Notes under the pieces: generated by a model
What the model saw: only the letters and a program-made list of their open reading frames with translations
The model's database searches: none
What the model was told of the DNA's origin: nothing
Origin: an uncultured Alphaproteobacteria bacterium
Lineage (GTDB): Bacteria; Pseudomonadota; Alphaproteobacteria; Rhizobiales; Xanthobacteraceae
Direction: 5' to 3'
Length of the DNA stretch: 64,000 nucleotides
NCBI GenBank assembly: GCA_963792715.1
Contig: CAWBXE010000005.1
Location: 116,475-180,474, forward strand
Shown here: positions 32,408 to 43,748 of the stretch, in pieces
Position numbering within the stretch: position 1 is the stretch's first letter
Layout of the letters: each line of letters begins with the position of its first letter
Position numbers and translations under genes: made by a program

Positions 32408-32880
32408 AGCAGCGCCTCGATTTCTTTTTTCAGTCCCTCAGGTTTCGCGGTCGGCGCATGCCGCGCCACGACCTTGCCCGTGCGATCAATCAGGAATTTG
32501 GTGAAATTCCATTTGATCGACGATCCCAGCAGCCCCGATTTCTCTTTTTTGAGATATTTGTACAGCGGGTGTGCGTTGTCGCCGTTGACGTCGATCTTGG
32601 CGAACATCGGGAATGTCAGCGAATAGTTGCTCGAGCAGAATTCCTCGATCTGTTTCGCGTTCCCCGGCTCCTGCCCGCCGAACTGGTTGCACGGAAACCC
32701 GAGCACCGAAAAGCCGCGCGGCGACAGCGCCTTGTGGAGCGCTTCGAGGCCCTTGTACTGCGGCGTGAAACCGCACGCGCTCGCGGTATTGACGATCAGC
32801 AGCACCTTCCCCTGAAAATCCCTCAGCGAGATTTCGCCGTCGGTCAGCGTCTCGGCCGAAAAGTCATAGACGTTCGTCAT
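32404..32880 (-). CDS. Cys-type glutathione peroxidase homologue
   Basis: GKVLLIVNTASACGFT, LGFPCNQFGGQEPG, IKWNFTKFL; peroxidatic codon is TGC, resolving Cys in EEFC. Confidence 0.93.
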   Translation of the reverse strand: MTNVYDFSAETLTDGEISLRDFQGKVLLIVNTASACGFTPQYKGLEALHKALSPRGFSVLGFPCNQFGGQEPGNAKQIEEFCSSNYSLTFPMFAKIDVNGDNAHPLYKYLKKEKSGLLGSSIKWNFTKFLIDRTGKVVARHAPTAKPEGLKKEIEALL

Positions 32881-32911
32881 TGTTGTATGCTGTCCCGCGA
32901 TCAGCGTTCGT

Positions 32912-34313
32912 TTAGCCGACGGGATCGACCGGTGTCGATGGTGTTCCGCCGGCCTCGATGGCTTCGCCGGCCAGCAGGCACAAATCCTCGCGATAGCGCC
33001 CGGAAACAACCTGAACTCCGACGGGCACGCGACCGACCAAACCCGTGGATACCGTCAGCCCCGGCAATCCCATGAAGGGAATGCCGACCTGCGGCATCTG
33101 CGCCCGCCACACCCGCTCGAAGGACGCGTCGTCGCGCAGATCCAGGCCGACGGGAAACGGCAATTCGCCGGATACCGGCATCAGCAGCACGGCGTAGGTT
33201 TCAAAGAACATCTGCCATTCGCGCGTCAGCGTCGCGCGCCGCGTCAGGATTTTCGAGAACGCCGCCATATCGAGTGGCTGCACCTTGTCCTTGTTGCCGC
33301 GCAGGCACGCCAGCGCGCCGGGATCGCCTTCACGCTCGGCGGCGTTGAGCATCGCGTCATAGCCGTCACCCAGCCACAGCTTGGTCTGGAGTTCGGCGGC
33401 CTCGCGCAGCGGCGGCGTATTTGCGATTTCTTCGACCTCCAGCCTGCGCGCTCCAACCGTTTTCCAGCGTCGGCAACGGCGGCTTTCACGTCGGTCGAAG
33501 TTTCAAGGCCATCAGGATTGAGACACAGCGCAGCACGCTTCGCCATCGGGGGCCCTTCCAGCGGCGCCGGCACAGACCACGGATCGCGCGCGTCCGCTCC
33601 GGACATCGCAGCGAGCGCAATCCTGAGATCGCCAACGGTACGCGCGAGCGGGCCTGAAACCGCCGATATCTGTGGCCCTATCGCACGTTCGGGCGACGAC
33701 GCATTGAAATGCGGGAATGCGTCCTAACGTTGGCCGTAACCCATGCACGCCGCAGGCATAGGCCGGATAACGGATCGATCCGGCGATATCGGTGCCATGC
33801 GCGATGTGGCCGATGCCGGCTGCGACCGCCGCGCCGGCGCCGCCGGATGAGCCTCCCGGCGTGATGCCGGGATCGCGCGGATTTTTGGTGTCGCCATGCA
33901 GCAGGTTGGTGGTGAACCAGCGAAATGAAAACGCGGGACAGTTGGTGCGACCGAGCAAAATCGCCCCCGCCTTACGAAGATTGGCGACGACGGGGCTGTC
34001 AACGGCAGCGATCAAATCGCGCTGTAGTTTGACGCCGTTGGTGGTCGCGAAGCCCTTCTGATCGACATTGACCTTGAGTGGTAATCGGCACACCCGCCAG
34101 CGGACCCGGATCTTCATTGCGCGCGAGCGCGGCATCGATGGCGTCGGCCTGTGCCAGCACTTCCTCCGGCCGATGATCGACCACCGCGTTGATTGCGGGA
34201 TTGACCGCGTCGAGCCGCGCCAGCGCTGCCGCCGCGGCTTCCTTCGCGGAAATCCTGCGGGCGCGAATGTGCAACGCAAGGTCTGCAGCCGAGAGACGCC
34301 AGAGTGCTTGCAT
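32912..34313 (-). CDS. amidase-signature family amidase (frameshifts)
   Basis: GPLAGVP..K, GRTNCP, PGGSSGG, GTDIAGSIRYPA, PVGVQV. Confidence 0.88.
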
Positions 34314-34363
34314 GAGAGCTCCGTGAGAACGCGACGTAGACCGCGATCGCAGGGTAGCCGCAT

Positions 34364-34660
34364 TCAGGTTGAGATCAATGGCGCTTTGTTGCCGGTCCAA
34401 ATGCAGTCAATGCCTGGTCGGCGCTTCATCCCGTCATCAATGAGCGCTTCGGCGAAGGGAAACTCCAGGACGATTTCGCCTTGGTCATCGGTTACTTCGA
34501 GGATCGCTTTCATCAGCTCGGGCGTGCTTTCCGTTGCCAAAACCGCCCGGACCGTTTGGCGAGCGGCCTCCCACGCGCGGTCTGGATCGGGCAGCTCTTC
34601 GCCCTCGGGATCGAGGATCAACTCTTTGCCGATCCGGGTATTGAAGTAGTACCGTGGCAC
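34364..34660 (-). CDS. small DUF6894-like hypothetical protein
   Basis: MPRYYFN..DPEGEELPD..A..AA..LEVTDDQG..F pattern typical of this alphaproteobacterial family. Confidence 0.65.
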   Translation of the reverse strand: MPRYYFNTRIGKELILDPEGEELPDPDRAWEAARQTVRAVLATESTPELMKAILEVTDDQGEIVLEFPFAEALIDDGMKRRPGIDCIWTGNKAPLIST

Positions 34661-34833
34661 GCTGCCGCTATCCGTTAATTTCGGCCGGTTTTGGGCCGTT
34701 AATGGAGGTTATCGCTTTTGCACTGCAGCACAACATCGCGAATGATTGAGAAATAAATCACTGGCGAACTTTTCCAGCTGTATTACCTTATCCCACAGGA
34801 CGAAATCGTCCGGATCGAGAAGGAGCGCCGAAA

Positions 34834-34914
34834 ATGGCCTGGAAGACACCAAAAATCGTCGAAGTGCCGGTCGGCATGGAAATCAACATGTACGCCTGCG
34901 CGGCGCGCAAGTAG
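34834..34914 (+). CDS. pqqA: PQQ precursor peptide (absent from ORF track)
   Basis: MAWKTPKIVEVPVGMEINMYACAARK*; ExxxY motif, AGGAG RBS, directly upstream of pqqB. Confidence 0.95.
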   Translation: MAWKTPKIVEVPVGMEINMYACAARK

Positions 34915-34933
34915 GCGACTGCGTATGCATTCA

Positions 34934-34967
34934 ACGGAGGTGGACCGCGTTTTGCGGCCACCTCCGT
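34934..34967 (+). terminator. stem-loop between pqqA and pqqB
   Basis: ACGGAGGTGGACCGC-GTTTT-GCGGCCACCTCCGT. Confidence 0.65.
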
Positions 34968-34995
34968 AATCTTTGAGAAGGGTCCGGAGACGAAT

Positions 34996-35927
34996 ATGCT
35001 GCGCATCGTCGTCCTGGGCGCCGCTGCGGGCGGGGGCTTACCGCAATGGAATTGCGGATGTGCAATTTGCAGATCGGCGCGGACAGACCTTCCCAGGCTT
35101 CAAAGTACCCAGACTTCGATTGCCGTCAGTTGCGACGACCGACACTGGTTTTTGGTGAACGCTTCGCCGGATCTGCGTCAGCAATTGAACGCGACACGGC
35201 ATCTGCATCCGAACTCTGATAGTCTGCGTCACAGCCCGATTGCCGGCGTGATCCTGACCAATGGCGAAGTCGATGCGGTGGCCGGACTTCTTTCGATGCG
35301 CGAAGGCTCGCCATTTACGATCTACGCGCACGAGCGCGTGCTCTCAATTCTGAAGGCCAACAGTATCTTCAATGTGCTAAGCGAGAAGAATGTGCGCCGC
35401 CAGCCCATCATCATCGACGAACCGTTCGAGCCGACGCTGCCGGACGAATCGCGCGTCGGGAATCGATGATTTTGCCGTTCGCCGTTGCCGGCAAGGGCGC
35501 GTGGTATCTGGAAGGCAAGGCGCATCCGGCCGGCGACGATGGCGCGGGCGATACGCTTGGCCTTCGCATCGAGGATAAGAGCAACGGCAAGCATTTTTAT
35601 TTTGTCGCAGCTTGCGCTGAAGTGACGGACGAATTGAAGAGGCGCGTCGCCGCCGCGCCGCTGATCTTTTTCGACGGCACCTTGTGGCGCGACGATGAAC
35701 TAATCGCCGCAGGTCTGGGAAATAAGACGGGTCAGGGCATGGGTCACATCTCGATGTCGGGCGACGCTGGCGCCATCGCAGCGCTGGCCGATATCGAAAT
35801 CGAGCGGAAGATTTTTCTGCACATCAACAATTCGAATCCCGCGCTGCTGCAGGATTCGGCTGAGCGAAGGACGGCCGAGCAAGCCGGCTGGCAAATCGCA
35901 TTCGACGGAATGGAGATCGTGCTGTGA
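34996..35927 (+). CDS. pqqB: PQQ biosynthesis protein B (frameshift near 35460)
   Basis: VLGAAAGGGLPQWNCGC, NASPDLRQQL, FDGTLWRDDE, MGHISM, HINNSNP. Confidence 0.93.
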
Positions 35928-36700
35928 ACGCGACCTCGGGTTTTTCGCTCGGCTGCGAATACGCGACTGCAAAGCGCGGACGAACTTGAAGCTGCGCTGC
36001 GTCACATCGGGGCGACGCGCTATCACAACCTGCACCCGTTTCATCGGCTGCTGCACGGCGGCAAACTGAACAAGGGCCAGGTGCAGGCCTGGGCGCTGAA
36101 CCGCTATTATTATCAGAGCACGATCCCGATCAAGGACGCCGTCGTGATCTCGCGTTTCCGCGACCGCGCCACGCGGCTGGAATGGCGGCATCGCATCGAA
36201 GATCATGACGGCGATATCGGGACCGAAGGCGGCATCGAACGCTGGCTGAAATTGACGGAAGGGCTGGGGCTCGACAGCGCCTACGTCGAATCGGCCGAGG
36301 GAATTCTTCCGGCGACGCGCTTTCGCGGTCGATGCTTACGTGCATTTCGTGCGCGACAAGACGCCGCTCGAAGCCATCGCGTCTTCACTGACCGAGTTGT
36401 TTGCGCCGAATCTGCACGAGGAGCGCATTTCGGGCATGCTGAAGCACTATGATTTCGTCAATCCGGAGATCATGCGCTATTTCAGCCGCCGCATGGAGCA
36501 GGCGCCGCGCGACGCCAATTTCGCGCTCGAATACGTCAAGCAGCACGCCGACGACGCCGGCCGAGCGTGAGGCCGTATGCAACGCGTTGATTTTCAAGAC
36601 CAATGTGCTGTGGGTTCAGCTCGACGCCCTATATCATGCCTATGTCGATGGCCACGTGCCGCCGGGGGCGTTCGTGCCGGAAATCCTTGAGGCGAACTGA
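35924..36700 (+). CDS. pqqC: PQQ synthase (frameshifts)
   Basis: RYHNLHPFH, WALNRYYYQ..IPIKD, RIEDHDG, SSLTELFAP, FKTNVLWVQLDAL. Confidence 0.92.
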
Positions 36701-36709
36701 AGGCAAGCT

Positions 36710-37027
36710 ATGGCAGACTTGCGAAGTCGCAATATCAGCGTCACCGAGGCCAGCCGGCCGGTGTTGCCGCGCCATGCCAAGCTGAAGTTCGACGAAGTCC
36801 GAAAGGTCTGGGTGATCCTGGCGCCGGAGCGGGTGCTGGCGCCCGACGAAATCGCGGTGGAAATTTTGCAGCTTTGCGATGGCGCACGCAGCGTTGCCGA
36901 GATGATCGATCTGCTCGCCGCCAAATACACCGCCGACCGCGATGCGATCGGCGCTGACGTGATCGCGATGCTGCAGGATCTCGCCGACAAGGGATTTTTG
37001 ACGCAGGCGAAAGAAAGGATCGCATGA
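36710..37027 (+). CDS. pqqD: PqqA-binding chaperone (RRE domain)
   Basis: [27 protein letters not shown]. Confidence 0.92.
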   Translation: MADLRSRNISVTEASRPVLPRHAKLKFDEVRKVWVILAPERVLAPDEIAVEILQLCDGARSVAEMIDLLAAKYTADRDAIGADVIAMLQDLADKGFLTQAKERIA

Positions 37028-38235
37028 GTCCGACGCTGACAGATGCGAACCCTGTTGTCGCCGATCCCTCGGACGGATTGGCGATCATGGAGCAGCGCGG
37101 CTCGCCGGCGGAAACGTTCGGCATTCCGCTGGCGGTGCTGGCCGAGCTGACGCATCGCTGTCCGCTGCAATGTCCGTATTGCTCCAACCCGATCGAGCTG
37201 GAGCGCAGCGAGCAATGAACTCACCACCGACGAGTGGAAGAAGGTTCTCACCGAACTCGCTGAGATCGGCGTGCTGCAGATTCATTTTTCCGGCGGTGAG
37301 CCGACCGCGCGCACGCGATTTGGTCGAACTGGTGCAGCATGCCAGCGATGTCGGGCTGTACTCCAATCTCATCACCTCGGCGGTGCTGCTGAGCAAAGAG
37401 AGATTGACCGCGCTGGCCGATGCAGGTCTCTGTCACGTCCAGATCAGCTTCCAGGGCAACGAGCCGCCGTCGCCAATCGCGTCGCCGGCTTGAAGAACGC
37501 GCACGAGAAAAAACTCGAGGTCGCAAGATGGACGCGCGAACTCGATCTGCCGCTCACGGTCAATGCGGTGATGCACCGGCAAAACCTGCATCAGCTCACC
37601 GACATCATCCAGATGGCGGTCGATCTCGATGCCGACCGGCTGGAAGTCGCCAATGTGCAATATTACGGTTGGGCGTTGAAGAACCGCGCCGCGCTGATGC
37701 CGACCATTGAGCAGATCGAAGAAACCAGCCGGATCGTCGAGGAAGCCGAGATCAGGCTGAAGGGCATTCTCGCGATCGATTATGTGGTGCCGGACTATTA
37801 CGCATTGCGGCCGAAGAAATGCATGGGCGGCTGGGGCCGGCAGTTTTTCAACATCTCGCCGACCGGAAAGATTCTGCCCTGCCACGCCGCCGAAACCATC
37901 ACCGGCCTGGAATTCGAGTCGGTGCGCTCGAACCATTCGATCTGCCTGGATCTGGCAAAACTCCGAAGCCTTCAATCGTTATCGCGGCACGGCGTGGATG
38001 CCCGATCCCTGCCAGAGCTGCGCATTCAAGGAAATCGATTTCGGCGGCTGCCGCTGTCAGGCCTTCGCGTTGACCGGCGACGCGGGGAATACCGATCCGG
38101 CATGCACGCTGTCGCCGGTGCATGAGCAAGTCTTCAAAATGGCCGAAACCGAATCCGCGGAAGGATTCGCGGCGTTTCGTCTACCGCAATTTCGCTGGCG
38201 GCACGCTCGAGACGGGCGGCGAATATGGCGCCTGA
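37024..38235 (+). CDS. pqqE: PqqA peptide cyclase, radical SAM/SPASM (frameshifts)
   Basis: [56 protein letters not shown]. Confidence 0.93.
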
Positions 38236-39214
38236 CGCCGACGCCGGACAAGCCGGCGCCATCGCTCCGATCCGTTCGCGCCGCTGACTTCGCAACATCT
38301 TCCGGTCGGCGACGGCCATGAAATCTATGTCGAGACCATTGGCCGCGCAGATGGCATTCCGGCCGTCTATTTGCACGGCGGTCCCGGCAGCGGTTGCCAG
38401 CCCGACCATCGGCGGCTGTTCGATCCCGAGCGTTTCACGCGGTGCTGTTCGATCAGCGCGGTGCCGGCCGCAGCCGCCCCAAGGGCAGCCGCGAGGCCAA
38501 TACGCTGCCGCATCTCATCGCGGACATGGAAACGATCCGCGAAAAATTCGGCTTCGAACGCTGGCTTGATCGTCGGCGGCTCCTGGGGCGCGACGCTGGC
38601 GCTTGCCTATGCGCAGGCGCATCCGACGCGTGTTATCGGGCATCGTGCTGCGCGCGACGTTTCTCGGTACACGCGAAGAGCTTGACGGCGCATTTCTCGA
38701 TGTGCTGCCGCGCCACTATCCCGGCCTGTACGAGGATTTCCTGAGCGTGCTGCCAGCCGAGGAGCGATCCGCGCCGCTCGCAAACTACTATCGCCGTATT
38801 CTCGATCCCGATGTCGCCGTGCACGGCCCGGCGGCGCGGGCGTGGTACGGCACCGAAAGCATCCTGTCGGAGCATGCGCCCAAGCGCACGCGGCTCGATC
38901 TTGGGTCACTCACATCGACAGGTGCCCTGCCCTCGACACCGTTCATGGAAGCCCATTATTTTCAGAACGATTGCTTCATGCGGCCGGGACATTTGATGGC
39001 GGAGGCGGGCAAGCTCAGGGGTATTCCCGGCATCATCGTGCAAGGTCGCTACGATTTTCTGTGCCCGCCGGCAACGTCCCATGCGCTCGCCAAGGCATGG
39101 CCCGACGCGGAAGTGCGGATCGTCGAGGGCGCTGGACATTCGCTGTACAATTCCGGCATTCGGGACGCCGTGATGAAGGCGATTGCCGATATCGCATCGA
39201 AGGTCACAGGCTAA
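38225..39214 (+). CDS. pip: prolyl aminopeptidase (S33) (frameshifts)
   Basis: [43 protein letters not shown]. Confidence 0.85.
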
Positions 39215-39223
39215 GGAACCGGG

Positions 39224-39905
39224 ATGCCGCTGGCAGGAAAGGGAATGCTGCTAACGTCGATGGACATCGATCCTGCGGATGAGGACGAGTTCAATCGCTG
39301 GTACGATCGCGAACATTTGCTTGAGCGCGTCGCGATAGCGGGCTTCCTCGAAGCCCGCCGCTATGTCGCGCATGAGGGCACGCCGAAATATCTCAGTCTG
39401 TATTCGACCGAGACCTTCGAGGTGCTGGACAGCGCCTGCCTACCGCACCGCGTTGAGCGAATCAGACCGAATGGTCGAAAGCAAATATCGCGCGGTTCAA
39501 GAACATGATCCGCTCCGTCGCGTGCATCACGATCAGCCGCGGACATGGGCGTGGCGCCGCGCTTGGAATCATTCGCATCCGGCCCGGGACTGCTGACCAA
39601 GAAATGCTGCGGGCACACCTGCGGGATCGACTTGATCCCGCCGAGTTTGATGGCATCATTTCCATGCACCTGATCGAAAGCGATCCAAAGCTTTCAAAGC
39701 CGCTCGGCGCAGATGCTGCGGCATCGATTTCCGGTGCGGCGGACTGGTATGTGCTGATCGACGGCACTGACGCGCCTTCGATTTCTGCCGCGATCACTGC
39801 TACGCTTTTCCGATGCCTGCCTGCGATCAAGCTCGCAGTTCCGGTGTCATCGGGCATCTACCGTTTGATGTGGGATCTGACGAGAGCGATATCGCAGCGG
39901 CATGA
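39224..39905 (+). CDS. DUF4286/EthD-like hypothetical protein (frameshifts; end approximate)
   Basis: DEFNRWYDREHLLERVAIAGFLEARRY..KYLSLY. Confidence 0.6.
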
Positions 39906-40135
39906 TCGGCTTCTTATGCTGCACTGCCGCATGAGACGCATCCGACATTAGGGTTTACGCACCGAGGAGCCGGATGAAACTCGCATTCAAGTAAAAATGG
40001 CTTTGTGCATCGACGCTGAATCGCTCTAATACGGATAACCCTATGATCCAATTCGGAAAACAAGAACGCCAACTGAGCGTTCACGGGGAAGAAATAAAAA
40101 GGCCGCGCCGCTCTCTGATGCGCGGACAGGGTGGA

Positions 40136-41916
40136 ATGAAACCGACTGATATTTCGGCGCCCGACTACTTTCATAAAGTGGTCGACTGCCAATGGGCCTG
40201 TCCCGCGCATACGCCTGTCCCCGAATACATCCGATTGATCGCCGCAGGCCGCTACAGCGACGCCTACATGATCAATTGGAAGTCGAACGTGTTTCCCGGA
40301 ATCCTCGGCCGCACCTGCGACCGGCCGTGCGAGCCGGCTTGCCGCCGCGTGCGCGTCGAGGATGAGCCGGTCGCGATCTGCCGGCTGAAGCGCGTCGCCG
40401 CGGATTACAAGGACGACATCAAGGAGCGGCTGCCCCGCCCGGCATCGACAAAGAACGGCAAGCGCATCGCGCTGGTCGGCGCGGGTCCGGCGTCGCTGAC
40501 GGTGGCGCGCGATCTCGCGCCGCTCGGTTATACCTGCGTCGTCTACGACGGCGACAATCGTGCCGGCGGCATGATGCGCACGCAGATTCCGAAATTTCGC
40601 CTGCCCGACAGCGTGATCGACGAAGAGACCGGCTACATTCTCGATCTCGGCGTCGAATTTCGCGCGGGCGCCGCGTCGAGAGCATGAAGGCGCTGCTCGC
40701 GGAAGATTACGACGCCATCGTCGTCGGCTCCGGCGCGCCGCGCGGCCGCGATCTCGATATTCCCGGCCGCAAGGAAGCCGCGGCCAATATCCATATCGGC
40801 ATCGACTGGCTCTCCAGCGTGTCGTTCGAGCATATCCATTCGATCGGCAAGCGCGTCATCGTGCTCGGCGGCGGCAACACCGCGATGGATTGCTGCCGTT
40901 CCGCGCGCCGGCTCGGCGGCGAAGACGTCAAGGTCGTGGTGCGTTCCGGCTTCGACGAGATGAAAGCCTCGCCGTGGGAAAAGGACGATGCAGCGCGCGA
41001 AGGCATTCCGATTCACAATTTTCTGGTGCCGAAGGAATTCAAGCACGACGGCGGCAAGCTGACCGGCGTGGTGTTCGAGAAGGTCAAGGCGGAATACGAC
41101 GCCAAGGGCCGCCGCAAACTGGTGCCGGCGGGCGACCCGGACATTCTATTCGAATGCGACGACGTGCTGGTAGCGGTAGGTCAGGAAAACGCCTTCCCGT
41201 GGATCGAGCGCGACAGCGGCATCGCTTTCGACGAATGGGGGATGCCTGTCGTCAACACGATCACCTTCCAGTCCAGCAATCCAAAAGTGTTCTTTGCCGG
41301 CGACGCCGCGTTCGGTCCCAAGAACATCATCTGGGCGGTCGCGCATGGCCACGAAGTCGCGGTATCGATCGACAAGCTGATGCATGGCGGCGACATCAAC
41401 CATCGTCCCCTGCCCGCGGTCACCGTGATCAACCAGAAGATGGGCATCCACGAGTGGAGCTATAAGAGCGAGGTGGTGCTCGATGAGCGCTACGCGGTGC
41501 CGCATCGCGACAACGCCACCGCGCTCAACAACATCAAGGCCGAGGTCGAACTTGGCTTCGACGCAAAGCTCGCGCTCGCCGAAGCCGGCCGCTGCCTGAA
41601 CTGCGACGTCGAAACGGTGTTCGCCGCACCGCTGTGCATCGAGTGCGACGCCTGCGTCGATATCTGCCCGATGGATTGCATCACCTTCACCGAAAACGGC
41701 GAAGAGCCCGAGGTTCGTGCGCGGCTCCGCGCTCCCGCGCTCAATCTCGCGCAGGACATCTATGTCGCCGACGGCCTCAAGACCGGCCGCATCATGGCAA
41801 AGGACGAGGATGTCTGCCTGCACTGCGGACTATGCGCCGAGCGCTGCCCGACCGGAGCGTGGGACATGAACAAATTCTATCTCGAAGTCACGCACGCAGG
41901 TTCAGCATGCCGATAA
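40136..41916 (+). CDS. GltD-like FAD/NADPH oxidoreductase with C-terminal 2x[4Fe-4S] domain (frameshift near 40670)
   Basis: CQWACP, LGRTCDRPCEPAC, VGAGPAS, LGGGNTAMDC, CIECDACVDICP, CLHCGLCAERCP. Confidence 0.88.
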
Positions 41917-43748
41917 GCGCCGTCAACGATTTCGTCATCCGCTTTGGCAACGTCAATGGCTCCGGCTCCGCCAGCGCCAACGAAATGTTCGCGCGCGCCA
42001 TCATGCGCATGGGCATCCCGATTTCGCCGCGCAATGTGTTTCCGTCCAACATTCAGGGACTGCCGACCTGGTACGAAATCCGCGTCACCGAGGCCGGCCA
42101 TCTCGGCGCGCGCGGCGGCACCGATTTCATGGTGGCGATGAACCCGCAGACCTTCAATGCCGACGTGGCTTCGATCGAGCCCGACGGTTATCTGGTGTAC
42201 GATTCGACGCGTACGCTGCCGCCCGGCTCAGTTGCGGTCCGACATCAACGTCATCGGCGTGCCGCTCACCGCGATCTGCAACGCTGAATACACCGACCCG
42301 CGCCAGCGCCAGCTGTTCAAGAACATCATCTGCATCGGCGCGCTGTCGGCGCTGTTCGGCATGGATCTCCCCGAACTCGAAAAGCTGATCGGCGAGCAAT
42401 ACCGCGGCAAGGACAAGCTGGTCGCGCCGAACATTCACGCGCTGCATCTCGGCCGCGATTACGCCAAGAAGAATTTCGCCTGCCCGATCGGGTTGCGTCT
42501 GCAGCGCACCGACAAAGTCGGCGACCAAATCCTGATCGAAGGCAATGCCGCCGCCGCGCTCGGCGCGGTCTATGGCGGCGCCACGGTTTGCGCGTGGTAT
42601 CCGATCACGCCATCATCGTCGGTTGCGGAAGGCTTTACCAAATACTGCGAGAAATTCCGCCACGATCCGGTGACGCGGCAGGCGCGCTACGCCATCGTCC
42701 AGGCCGAAGACGAAATCGCTTCGATCGGCATGGTGATCGGTGCATCCTGGAACGGCGCGCGCGCGTTTACGGCGACCTCGGGTCCCGGGCATCTCGCTGA
42801 TGCAGGAATTCCTCGGCTTCGCCTATTTCGCGGAAATTCCTGCCGTCATCATCGACGTGCAGCGCGCCGGGCCTTCGACGGGCATGCCGACGCGGACCCA
42901 GCAGTGCGACCTGATCAACTGCGCCTATGCGTCTCACGGCGACACCAAGCATATCCTGCTGCTGCCGGAAGATGCCGCCGAAGCCTTCGAATTCAGCGCC
43001 GCCGCATTCGACTACGCGGACCGCCTGCAGACGCCGGTGTTCGTGATGCTCGACCTCGACATCGGCATGAATCACCGGCTTGTGCCGGCCGCTGAAATGG
43101 GACGACGCCAAGCAATACGACCGCGGCAAGGTGCTGTCAGCCGAGGACCTCGACAAGGCCCGCGATTTCGGCCGCTACATGGATATCGATGGCGATGCGA
43201 TCGGCTATCGCACCTATCCCGGCACGCATCCGACCAAGGGCACATTCTTCACCCGCGGCACTTCGCACGATCCCGCGCGCGCGCTATTCCGAAAACGGCG
43301 CTATCTATGCCGAGGGGATGCAGCGGCTGCTGCGCAAGCAGGAAACCGCCAAGAGACATCCTGCCGAAGCCGCTGCGCACCAACGCCGAAAAGGCGACGC
43401 GTTTCGGCGTGATCTATTACGGCTCGACCGCGCCGGCGATGATCGAGGCTGCCGAAATCCTGGCGCAGCGTGGCCACAGCATCGATCTGCTGCGCGTCCG
43501 CGCGTTCCCGTTCCACCAGGACGTCGCGAGCTTCATCGCCGACCATGACTTCGTGTTTCGTGGTCGAGCAGAACCGCGACTCGCAGCTGCGCTCGCTCGT
43601 CGTCAACGAGATGGGCATCGATCCGGTCAGACTGGTGCCGATCCTGCACTATGACGGAACGTCGATCACCGCGCGGTTTATCTCCGGGGCGATCGGCGAC
43701 CGGCTCGACGCGCTCAAAGTCACGCCACTGCGAAAGGCGATGTCATGA
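41907..43748 (+). CDS. 2-oxoacid:acceptor oxidoreductase alpha subunit (frameshifts)
   Basis: NVNGSGS, FPSNIQG, GNAAAALG, WYPITPSS, QAEDEIAS, TATSGPG, QRAGPSTGMPT. Confidence 0.9.

Noticed and set aside
32404-32880. Possible selenocysteine glutathione peroxidase
   Set aside because: The active-site codon is TGC (Cys) and there is no in-frame TGA.
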